Below are positions 12,980-24,324 of a DNA stretch of 64,000 nt, in pieces (position 1 is the stretch's first letter; each line of letters opens with the position of its first letter). The notes beneath the pieces are model-generated. The model was not told where the DNA came from. It saw nothing but the letters and a program-made list of their open reading frames with translations, and made no database searches. The position numbers and the translations under genes are program-made. Origin of the DNA: Phoronis australis (Eukaryota > Animalia > Phoronida); NCBI GenBank assembly GCA_002633005.1, contig NMRA01000405.1, forward strand, positions 22,702 to 86,701, in the 5' to 3' direction.

Positions 12980-13640
12980 AGAGGGTTATATGTGCTTTGT
13001 GCGTTATCACTTTTGACATGTGTGGGAGAGGATCACCTGTGATTTGAGTCTGATCACTTCTGCCACGGGGGAGAGGATAGCCTGTGCTTCGAGTCTTAAT
13101 GCCAAGGGGAAGAGGTTTTCCTGTTATTTGAGACTTAAAGTTTTTGCCACGGGGAAGAGGGCCTCCTGTGCTTTGACTCTTTATTTTTATGCAATGGGGG
13201 ATAGGGTCACATATGCCTTGAGTTTGATCACTTTTGTCACGGGAGAGAGTGTCATCTGTCCTGTGCCTCGGATCATTTTGAACAAGGGGTTTTCGTGGTT
13301 GTTCTGGTCTAATATGGAGAGAGGCACTTGTGCGTTGAGTCTCATCACCTCTACCAAAGGAGAGAGGATCACCTGTGCTTTGTGTGATGCCATTTCCATC
13401 GTGAGGAGGAAATTCACGTGTGTTTTGAATCTCATCATTTCCGCCTTGGGAATCGAGTGACCTGTGCTTTGATACCCAATATTTTTGCGAGGGGGAAAAA
13501 GCTCACCTGTGCTTTGGAAATTATCAATTCTGTCATTGGGGAGAGGGTTAACTGTGACTTGAGCGGTATCACCTCTGCTTCGTTGATGTTCGTGACTAAT
13601 ACAGGCAGGGTCACCTATACTTTGAGTATTATCAGTTCTG
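12980..13640. repeat. Degenerate ~45-bp tandem repeat array
   Basis: Recurring GAGAGG(G/A)TCACCTGTGCTTTGAGT..ATCACTT unit (starts at 13026 and 13071, for example). It reads as KAQVxLSPxxxVxRL-like 15-mers on the minus strand. Confidence 0.75.
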
Positions 13641-16600
13641 CCGTTGTTGCTCTGAACAGACGTCAAAGAATGGTTTCTGGCTCTTTCAATATCCTGTGTG
13701 ATAAATCGCAAAATAGGCTTCGCTTTAAATCCTTTGTTGTTACAAAAAACAACATCGTCATCTCCGCTAACCGTTATAAGGTCCGAGACTCCAGCTCTCC
13801 TCTGCCTACGATTTTTTTGCTGGAGATGATCTTTCATTTTTTCCACCCTGGATGTTGTCAAAACATGTCCGTAACACAACTGCCTGGGCTTTGTGGGTAC
13901 AGGGTGCAATTCCAGCTTCAAACATGTTTTGCGTTCGGACAGCAACCTGCGGATTTTCTGTGGTGCCGTTGTCTAAAGTATTTTCATTAACTTTCCCTAC
14001 TATGCTGTGAGACATAAAAACCTTTAATTTCTGGACATCAGGGGAAGATTGCACGAGTTGTAGGCGTTTCCTGGTGCCGTTGCCAAATGTACTGTAAATA
14101 ATGTTCTTTTCTATACTGTTAGACATCAAAACTTTTAATTTCTGATCACGAGAGGAAATTTTCACATTAGGCTGCAGACATTCACAGGTGCTCTTGCTTA
14201 AGTTATTATGTTCTGTGCTGGCAGACATCAAAGCCTTAATTTTGCGACCACGAGTGGCGGTTCGCGCTGTAGTCCGTGGACGTTCTCTGGTGCCATTGCT
14301 TAAAATACTGTCAATAACTTTCTCTTCTATGCTTTCCGACATCGAAATTTTGAGTTTCTGATCACGAGAAGAAATTTCAGCTTTTGACATTTTCTGGGGA
14401 CATTTGCCATCCGCACTGTCTCTAGTGTCGCCAACGTACCGGTACTTCTGTCGCTGTACACATGTCGGTTGTTGGGTCATTTTCGTAATAGATGTGTCCA
14501 CTTTTAATCTGCTTGATTGCTCTTTCTCGGCAGGATTCGATACAAACAGGTTCATTTCTTCTCTTCTACGTGTACCTATATGTCTTGTAATTAGCAGCAG
14601 ACATGGAAAGTTGTGTGGCTGTTGGGCTGCTGTCCTGAACATTCAAAATTCCCTGTCCAGGTACTCTACCTGTAACCTTTCTCTGCTCACGACCTCTTTG
14701 TTGCAGATGAACTTTCATTTCATTTTCTCCAATCTGAATAGTGTCAAAACAGTTCAGTGTCACAGCAACTTGAGTTTTGTCGGTAACGGATGTAAATTTA
14801 ACTTCCGTAATAGTGTGTGCTCGCACAGAGAACTGTAGGAATCCTCTTTTCCCGTTGTTTAGAGCATTCTCAATAACTTTCTCTTCTAAGCTGTCAGACT
14901 TCGAAACCGTTAATTTCCGATCAAAACAGCAAGCTGACACAGAAGGGTGTAGCGGCTTTTCTTCGGTTCTGTTGCTTGAAATATTGTCAATAATTTTCTC
15001 TTCGATGCTGTCAGATATCAAAGCCACGAGTGAATGATCAAGAGAGGAAGAGTGCACAGTTGCCTGTACACGTTCTCCGGAGCTCAAAGTATTGTCAGTA
15101 AGTTCCTCTGCTATGCTGTTAGACATAAAAACCTTGACTTTATGATCACAAAATTGAGTTTGCGCAGAAGCCTGTGGACATTCTCTGACGCCGTTGCATA
15201 CAGTGTGGTTAGAGGCTTTAATACTTACACTGTCAGACATCAAAATGTTGAGTTTCAGATCAGGAGAGAACGTTTCAGCTTTCAATACGTTTTGCCGACG
15301 ATTGCCATCCTTCATTACTTTACCATTGTCAACGTGCTTCCGTTGTACAGATGTCGGTTGTTGAATCATAGTTGTACTGGACTTGTTCTCTTTAACTTTG
15401 TTCGACTTCAGCTCGTCAACACGATTCAGTACAACCGGGTAACTGAGTCTTTCATCGCTAGTCTCAGTGCTTACCTCTCGTGGGTTCACACCAGACACGT
15501 AAAGTTGTGTGGCTGTTGGATTGGTGTTCTGGATATTCACCGAACGAATCATTCTCGAGTCGGTCACTCCTCCTGTCAGGTTACTCGTCGACTGAAAAAC
15601 TGGAGGCTTGGGCTTGATTTTGAGAGGCACCGAAACTTGTCTTAACATCTGCAATTTGTTTCCTTGACCACGCGCAGATTTGACTGGGGAGTGAGGAAGG
15701 TGTACCTTTGTTATGACGTCATCAGCTGACTGTGGACGTGTTTGTGCAGTTGTGGTGGTCCTGTTTAGCGCACTAAGTCTGTTCATGAGCTGCTCCAGTG
15801 AAGGCACAACAATCACAAGCTTGTACAAATGTCGCTTAATGACTGCCCTCTGTCGCTGCGTGAGGGAATTGGACACAGCTAACTTCTCCAGTGTTTTCTT
15901 GGGCAGCTGTAAGATGTTGGATTTTGCCGAGAGTCCCAGTCTGTTTTTTCCGCCACTGTAAATAACGGCTCATTGTTAGCGGAAGCCCAGGTCATTGATT
16001 TAACGGGTTCAAGTCTTGGGCGAAGCTTTGGTTTTGGGTGCTTTGGGGCGAATAACGGATCCAGTACTTCTGTCTCGTTGAGAAGAAGAGCGTTTCTTAA
16101 CAGATAAACCCTGGCTGTTTTTGTTTGTACAAACTAACGGTGTCTCTGAAATGTTCTTCTGAAAAGACGAAGCCCGGCTAGATCTGCTTGTACCAACTAA
16201 AATTTTCACTGGACACTCAGTGTGCATAGAAGTTTTACATTTCAGTCCCGTATACGGACATGGCTTTGCGAAATCATGGCCGTTTTTGCCGACCAGGGAA
16301 GCAGGCTTCAGGGTTGAAACATTTTCCACACATCTTCTATGTGCATCATGATTCTTCTCCACTGACAGCAGCATCAAACCGCCAGCCACAGCCTCCTTAA
16401 CGATATTACCACTGGCATCGCTGATAATCGTGCTTTTCACTAAATTTTCAACGAATAACTTGCTGATGTTAGTGAGCCACTCAATGTGTGCATGCCCCAA
16501 GCACTGCTCCACCGTCTGTTTGACCAGTTCGTGCAGATGTTGCTCTGATGCAGTCACGTCCTCTCCAGACTCGCCCTCGCTGGACGCATGCTGTTCTGTA

Positions 16601-19061
16601 TTGGACGACTCACCATCGATGGAGACAATCTCTTCTGCAGTGAACGACTCTCCCTCATTGGTGTCTGAAATGTCACGTGACCCGTCCCCCTTAGTACAAT
16701 CACCGCAGTTGGAACTGACTGGCACATTACTATTTAGCTCCTTGAGTGGCTTGGAACATTTTGAATCAGATGTTACATCTCTCATGGAGTTGACACCCGA
16801 AACAGGCACACCTTGCAAAGAGGCTGCCAGCCATCTCTGTCGTTCCTTTGCTTTGTAGTCTTCCGCCGGATTACCACCTGTAAAATTCGGCAAATCTGGC
16901 CCACGTGGCTCTTGATAAAGCTCACTCTTCCAATTCTCATTCTTATCTCTGCCATACTCGCAGTCTCCATCAACCCTGGTTGATTCCTTCTGGTACTGCT
17001 CTGTGATTGTGTACCTATCATTTACTCGGTCGTCTGGCAACTCAAAGTACCTGTAGGTTTTCTGAAAAGTAGGCCAGCATTCCCGATTGCCATCACTCTC
17101 TACAAGGTTTGAACGTTGTTCGACGCTGTCCTCAACAATAGGTTGATTTACCTTTGCGGTAAACTTTTCTGTTATCTTCCTAAACTCTTCGTCAAGCATC
17201 CTCTGCATTTGGGCTTGTCTGCTACCAAAGTCGGCATCCGCTTTCCTTGACACTTTGGATATCTCAGTATCACACCAAAAATCTCTTGCTTTAGAAGAAC
17301 TCTTCAATTTATTGGCTTTGTTCTCTGTAGAATCGTTAAGATTTTGCTTGTCGGCTGACACCACCTGTCCGACAGCAACGCTGTTACTGTTGCCAGGCCG
17401 ACCTGAACAGAGTTGAAGGACGTGTTTGCATGAGGGATCCACCTTGCCAACGGCCCAAGGAACTATAAATCCGTTAGAATACTCATTGCAGATGGCCAGG
17501 AAGTGCCCGGTTGGCATATTTTCAAATATGGCATATTTGCCACTCTGATGCACACTGTCGAAGAGGCAGCGCTTGATGGATTTCTCTCTGTCGTATTCCA
17601 AGAATACGGGGGTGATGTTGCAACACAGAGACGTAATGATCTTTCCTCCTATGACGGCGGACACTACATGTGGTGGGCGATTCTTGTTGGACGACGCAGG
17701 CAATGGTATCTCAAATATCCTTCTTGCTTGCCTCAAGGCTTGGTGCAGTGGTGAAGGGTAGTGTCGGGTAAAAGCCCCGTCGCCAGGTGCCGTTTTGTTA
17801 ACATTTTGGAGGACCCTGTTGTCACCCGTATTGGGCACGTTTTGCATAGTTGTTTTGGTTACCGTGCCTGTCAATCACTGCATGGTGGGGGGTTCCGACT
17901 TGTCTTTGACAGGCACCGCTGCAAGTCCTGAGCTCTTTATTTTGTTTTCTTGGCCAAGTGTAGGATTTTCTGTGGAAGGTGGCACTTGCACCTTGGTAGT
18001 TATTTCATCAGTTGACTGTACACGTGTCTGTACAGATGTGTTGGTCATGTCCAGACCTCGATGTCCGTCACTAAACTGTTCCAGTGAAGGCATAAGTGCA
18101 ACCGGCTTGTGTACATGGTGCTTTATCATAGTCCGCTGTCGCTCTGTAAGGGAACTGGACTCAGTTAACCTCTGCAGGGTAGTCTGGGTCAGCTGTAAAA
18201 CCTCAGATTTTGCCGAGAGTCCAAGGTTGTTCTTTGCCGCAACTGTAAATGTCTGAGCCTTGTTGCCGAAAGCCGAGGCCGTTAAATGCACTGGTTTAGA
18301 GTTCTCAAGTCCACAGCCAGTCTCCAGTGTGGTCGTTGCTTTGGTTAACACGGAGAGACTTTCATCTGCTTCCGGCTGGGATGGAGTGTCTTTCTCAACA
18401 AAGGATGACTTTCGCGTGTTACCATCCTCCACACATCCCATATGGACATCCCTGCTCTTTTATACTGACAGCTGCATCAGGCTGCCAGCTGCAGCATCCT
18501 GAACAATTTTATGATAAGCCTCGCTGACAATTGAGCTTTTCAAACCTCTTGAACAAGTGACTTGCTGGTGTTAGTGAGCCACTCATTGTAGGTTTGTTCC
18601 AGGCACTGCTCTTCCGTCTGTTTCTTCAGTGTTTGCAGATGTTGTTGTGGTGCAGTCACGTCTTCTCCAGACTCACCCTCGTTGGGGTCGTGCTGTTCTG
18701 TACTGATCGACTCGACCACATTGGAACATGGAATGTCCCTTCCCCTGTCATCATCCTTCTTACGATCACTGCAGGTGGCCCTGGCTGGTGCATTACTGTT
18801 ACCGTTCTGTCTGCTGGCTCGCCTTTCACGTCTACTCGAAGACTTGCCAGCGTTGCCTGGTGCTTTACTATCAATTTGTGCCTGAAATCTACTGATCTGA
18901 TCCAGCATTGCATACAGTTGACTTGTAGTTTCTTCAGGCAACTGGCTCAAGTCAGATTTTGCAGACAAACCTAAAGCGTTTTTCAACTTACATAAGCGGT
19001 CTGCTTCTGACGTATGGTCGTCTGTGACTTTTCTCTTGGAACACTTGTGTCTGCGGCCCAC
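13187..19061 (-). pseudogene. Large, apparently single-exon, repeat-built gene of unknown function with multiple disablements
   Basis: Six consecutive minus-strand ORFs (18540-19061, 17875-18441, 16009-17874, 14566-15876, 13806-14642, 13187-13945) share duplicated peptide modules. They join via frameshifts (~18541, ~16010, ~14600, ~13900) and in-frame stops (TAA 18460-18462, TGA 17875-17877). A candidate acceptor TTTACAG at 19077-19083 lies just upstream of a GTG start. Confidence 0.6.
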
Positions 19062-19158
19062 TGTTTGTTATTTGATCTGTAAACATTAAACGGGTTAGTT
19101 TTTATAGTTCTAGGTCATACAAACAGAATATTTTATCTCGTTTAAGGCATATCATATA

Positions 19159-20268
19159 CCCTCTGGTGTAAGCCCACATCCAGATATAAACCCCCATAAT
19201 TCTAGACATCATGTATCAGAAAATGCTGTCAAACTTTTCCGCTGTACGAGACTTCCCATATAAACGAAAAAAGGCCAAAACCCAAACCACAATTCGTTAT
19301 AAGGATGAGGTTACTAATAGATGCATAATACTCGCCAGCAATAACTCAAATTAATAAAGTTTTAAGAATTTTGTCAGGTTTGTTGAAAAGTCATTAATTT
19401 GACAAAGAGTGTGATTTGGGTTTTTTCAAATTTTAAACAGGGAACCTCTTTTAACAATATGATCTCTCGCCATTTTTGCCATCAATATATTCTTCACAGA
19501 GTTGGGAAGTTTTAAAAACTATTCAGGTTAATATACACAACAGGCAAATAATCATGCTTTTTGAATATTTTGTAACAAACATTGTTGATTTACGTTCATT
19601 TTAAAACTTTACGGTAAAGTGTTTAGTTGCTATCTCTTCAAGTAAATAATCTTTCACCAATGCATATATACCAATTACCACAAAACACCAACATAAGGTC
19701 ATTCAGTTTGTTCTACGACGAATAATTCAAATTATGAGCACAAGCTTTTATAATCATCAAAGTAAAATTGCTACTTATTACAAAATTCACAGCTTTGGCA
19801 CTCTAAAGTGATGCAAAAATTATGCAAGCAAGGATTTTGTGTTACCAAAATATTTCGAAAATCTAGTGATATGCATATTTACGGTGCTGTGGAAAAAATT
19901 TACCATTGTGTGCAGAATAAATACAACTAGTGCAATATTTTTTAACTTAAAAGTTAATCGAAAGCGCATGCACAATTCAGGAAACACTCCTCATTACTGA
20001 CATTTCAAAATTTTGTCAAAATCTCCAATTTTTCAGTTGCCAACACAAAATATAAATGCACTTGTTGAATGTTCCAAAAATCGTGTATGTACCTCATATC
20101 AATGCAAAGTTATGGAGGTCTCTATTAAAAAGATTGCGTTTTACATGTTTCCGTGTGTAGGGAAGCGCACGAAAGACGGAAAAGTATAAAAACATCTATT
20201 TGGCATTAGGTGTTTTCTGAAGCGCTGGGTCAAGAGCTGGTACCCGCCAATAGTTACCAACCAGAGGG
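19159..20268. mobile_element. Putative piggyBac-like non-autonomous element
   Basis: Termini CCCTCTGGT ... ACCAGAGGG with degenerate TTAA-like flanks (TATA / TTGA). No ORF. Confidence 0.35.
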
Positions 20269-21413
20269 TTGAACCAAATCAAAAACCAAAGAACAACGAT
20301 TTTATGATACTATCCGATGGTCTTACACACAAATGTCCGATACAAACACACCAGTATATAAACCCACCTCTATTTTGGAGCTCTAAGTTTATACCAGATA
20401 ATACATCAGTTAGGAACACGAAGACCAGTGTAAAGCAAATCAATAGCAATAGTTTAAATCAGTCGTTTCTTTATGGAAGGCACGCTTATATCAACTTAAG
20501 AGATTTAAAGAGAAGTACAATGGGTGGTCTCAATGCAAATGGCCCAAAATCAAGTTAGAAAGTACCAATTCAACGTGCTCAAAGAGAATCGTAACACACG
20601 TGAACTATTGCTCATTTGAGTTTCATTTTTCCTGGTGTCATTTTTTTCCGTTGATGATGTTTTAGCCTGCCAAAATTGTTTGAAATGACCTCTTATCAAA
20701 GACAATGCACCGACACCCAATTTATTGAGTGTAACGGGAAGAGTAACTGTGAAAAACATCTGTAACGATTAAATGCACTTTGAGTTTGTGTCATTTCTGT
20801 GACATAACTTTGCCTTTTTTCGAGGAATGGCAGATTTTGTTCCGATGGCCGTCATCGCGGACCCGTATAACTATGAAGTATGAACAGTTCTCAGATGTTG
20901 GACTTAATTGGACAAAAATTTGTGTCAAATATGTCAGCCCTTACCTATCTACAAATCTATTAAATCGCCGTCCATTGTTCTCTAAGATATTCTTCAATTT
21001 CTTGAAATTTCTTCAACTTTTTAAAAATAGCCTTTATAATTTCTTGACTGTAGTCGTCAGGATGAAATTTCGATGGAAGCTGACGACAAAATTATGCGCG
21101 TTAAAAATAGTGCCAGAATAAAGATGACAAAACAAACTAACTTTTTACTTAATTTTCAAAGAAATATAGTTTTAGAAAGAAAATCATGCAACAGCTTTAA
21201 AGTGTTATGGTTATTTCAAAGTTTTGAGGAATGCTTCATAGTTTCCAAAATTAAGCTGTTTTGTTTTGTTATTAATTACTGCGCTCCCTTCAACTTTGTG
21301 TGACGTATTGTCTTTTTCGAAGTGCCGCTTCCAATCAAAGTCGTAAGATCACGTTTTCGCAAGATGACGTTCTTTTCGTTGTTATAGTTTTGCGTAAACA
21401 TCTCTCATGAAGA

Positions 21414-22525
21414 TAGTTATTATCATCAATCAAAATCAATTTAATTCAAAGATTTCAGTTTTTAACTCCAGCATCTGTGAAAACAAATTTACCAGCCAAT
21501 CTAGAGGGTCTGTTCCGGAGACAATCTTTTTAGAACTTCTTGGGCATATAGTATCCGGCACCCACATTGTTTTCACTGATTAGACTAGATAAGATGGTGT
21601 TGGGTGTAACGCTGTAAATCGTAATGTTCAGCAAAGTTCCTAATGAGAGACCAACTTTTTTGTTTTCTTGCTTATTTTTGTGGGTGATTAGACGAATGTG
21701 GTCACTACTGTACTAATGAAAAATGTGGACATTTTTACACGAAACTACTCAAGAGCCTTTTAGTAAAAATGAACATGAAGGACCAACACATAAGCGTGGG
21801 GTCCCAAAATTTGAGCGTGGTACACACCATGCTCAAAAGGCCTGATGAGAACACTAGTAATCGTATCATCAGCCCATAGGGAAGCGAAACCATTAAGATA
21901 TTATTGGGGACCAGACAAAGNAATTGCGCCATATTTTTTATGTTGATTTCCTTGTTGGTTTATAATTCATATATTGCAATGTAGGCATCCAGGGGAGGCT
22001 TGGATGTACTTGTGACTGTAGTTATTATCATCAATCAAAATCAATTTAATTCAAAGATTTCAGTTTTTAACTCCAGCATCTGTGAAAACAAATTTACCAG
22101 CCAATCTTGAGGGTCTGTTCAGGAGACAATCTTTTTAGAACTTCTTGGGCATATAGTATCCGGCACCCACATTGTTCTGACTGATTAGACTAGATAAGAT
22201 GGTGTTGGGTGTAACGCTGTAAATCGTAATGTTCAGCAAAGTTCCTAATGAGAGACCAACTTTTTTGTTTTCTTGCTTATTTTTGTGGGTGATTAGACGA
22301 ATGTGGTCACTACTGTACTAGCGAAAAATGTGGACATTTTTACACGAAACTACTCAAGAGCCTTTTAGTAAAAATGAACATGAAGGACCAACACATAAGC
22401 GTGGGGTCCCAAAATTTGAGCGTGGTACACACCATGCTCAAAAGGCCTGATGAGAACACTAGTAATCGTATCATCAGCCCATAGGGAAGCGAAACCATTA
22501 AGATATTATTGGGGACCAGACAAAG
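21414..22525. repeat. ~507-bp near-identical direct duplication straddling an N (21921)
   Basis: 21414-21920 matches 22019-22525 with only a handful of substitutions. The first copy ends exactly at the N. Confidence 0.9.
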
Positions 22526-22784
22526 GCCGCAAATTTCGTTAAAATGCCGTCCCTTAATGTTATTGTCATGGTTTTTCATTAAACTTGATTAAATTTGTTG
22601 CCACTGGGATTAAATAGGCAAATCCGATAACAAGTAAGGTTCAAATGTGTACTCTGGTTTAACTTGAGAAAAGCGGTATCTTAACTTAGAACTATTATCC
22701 GAGCGTCGCTCTGCCAGACCTGTATATGACAATCACTGAGAAAAATATTAATAATAAGGTTGTCTCACAGGCAACACTCTGGTT

Positions 22785-22925
22785 CATGGGCGGCGCAGCA
22801 CTAAAAAGTGTGGGTTATAGCCCCCAACACCCTGTGGTGCACCGCCCATAGACAATGGGCGCCGACCAGGAGCACTGGAAAAGTGGGGGCTGTAGCCCCC
22901 AGACCCCTATTGTGGGCCGCCCATG
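22785..22925. mobile_element. Tandem dimer of a ~65-bp GC-rich mini-MITE (TIR CATGGGCGGCGCA)
   Basis: Two units with terminal inverted repeats and a GGGGGCTATAGCCCCC-like core. An inverted counterpart lies at 24768-24911. Confidence 0.6.
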
Positions 22926-24191
22926 ATTTTCCACAAGACCTCACAAAACCATGCTTGTAGAAGATTTCAACTTCAGGCACCCAGTTATGGCAACACCTTC
23001 CATCGGAGTCCAATTTAAACAATAAATCGTAGGTTGCTTTATACAATTAACGTAATATTTAATAAACAACGGGTAGCATTTACTCTTTGGCATCAGATGT
23101 AAAAACTACCCAGAGCAAAACTTAAATTTATGCCTATGCAAATTCCACTTAAAGGGGTACCTAATCGGGTTTTGACCTATCACAGATACTAAAAACGACT
23201 TTCCCAGCCATCCAGTTCTCTGAAACAAAATAACATGCTCTGTAACCCTCGACACGACCCTCAAAAGTTTGGAGGAAAACTTTCAAAGTCTAACGGTGAA
23301 GCGTGACCTACGGCTTTTCCAGAATTACATGGAAACAGTGGGAATTACAGACCACCCAATTAGTGAGATATAAGGAGCCGGGAGTACGAGTTTTTAATCG
23401 ATTCTTGTCTTCTACTTGCAAGATCGACGCCATGCATTAGTAGGTGACCAGGATTGGTTGAAGTCATCAAAACAGGGTTTAGTATCCTTTTATATAAGCA
23501 AAGCCTCAGTCACTGAGATAAACCTCCAAATTTAATATACTGCAAACTAATACTGAGACGGGCATTACTGTTCCGAGAAATACAAACAGATGGTCAACAA
23601 TGATGAAGGATTCAGTGATAAGAATGTAAAGCAATCTATTTTGAATCACAATCTCCCTCTCAGAAAATGTATAGTACAAATTATTGAGATACTCCGAGCC
23701 TTGATGACAAATTTACTTAATGATACCTAACGATTAAAACTGCGAAATATTTGAAAATGTTATCCGGCTTTTCCGTGCATTATCGCGTCATCGTGTCAAA
23801 CACGTTGTTCGTACATCTGTGTAACGCTGACTACCTAAAGACATAAATTAAATAGGCCTACTGTTTTCCTTGACCTATAAACACATTGCTCTGACGTAAT
23901 GTAATAATAGGATTCAAAATTATCTGGGTCTCCGCCCATTCTAGCTTGTAAACACGCCACAATATTTTCCCGCCGGAAAACAAAGCCCGCACTGACAAAA
24001 TTCATTGAACCAGTGAAGTATGGTTCAGCGAAGATTACTTAAGTTGTTTGTTAGCATTCATTTAATCAAATCCATACTTGAACTTTAATCGAGCAGTAAA
24101 TGATTGTGTTTTGGCGAGTTGTCAAAACATAAGGCTGAGTTTGTGTATTTAGACTATTATGGATTGACATTTGTTGTTGTTGGCTCAGAAA

Positions 24192-24236
24192 GAGACCTTA
24201 GCAACCAATAGGATCGCACCTGAATTCAATATGGCG
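24192..24236 (+). promoter_or_regulatory. Candidate core promoter of the kinesin gene (RFX half-site, CCAAT box, YY1-like motif)
   Basis: CCTTAGCAAC (X-box-like half site) overlaps CCAAT at 24205-24209, and AATATGGCG lies at 24228-24236, about 90-130 bp upstream of the ATG. Confidence 0.45.
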
Positions 24237-24324
24237 ACGTGTGTGTGTTGAATGTTTCGCAATCGTGATTTTATAGTATATAATTAGTTTTTATTTTGAC
24301 TTTGAATACGAATATTTCTTTAAG

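Noticed and set aside
16430-18974. Plus-strand ORFs opposite the large orphan ORF
   Set aside because: They are antisense shadows of the longer minus-strand frames with no independent coding signal.
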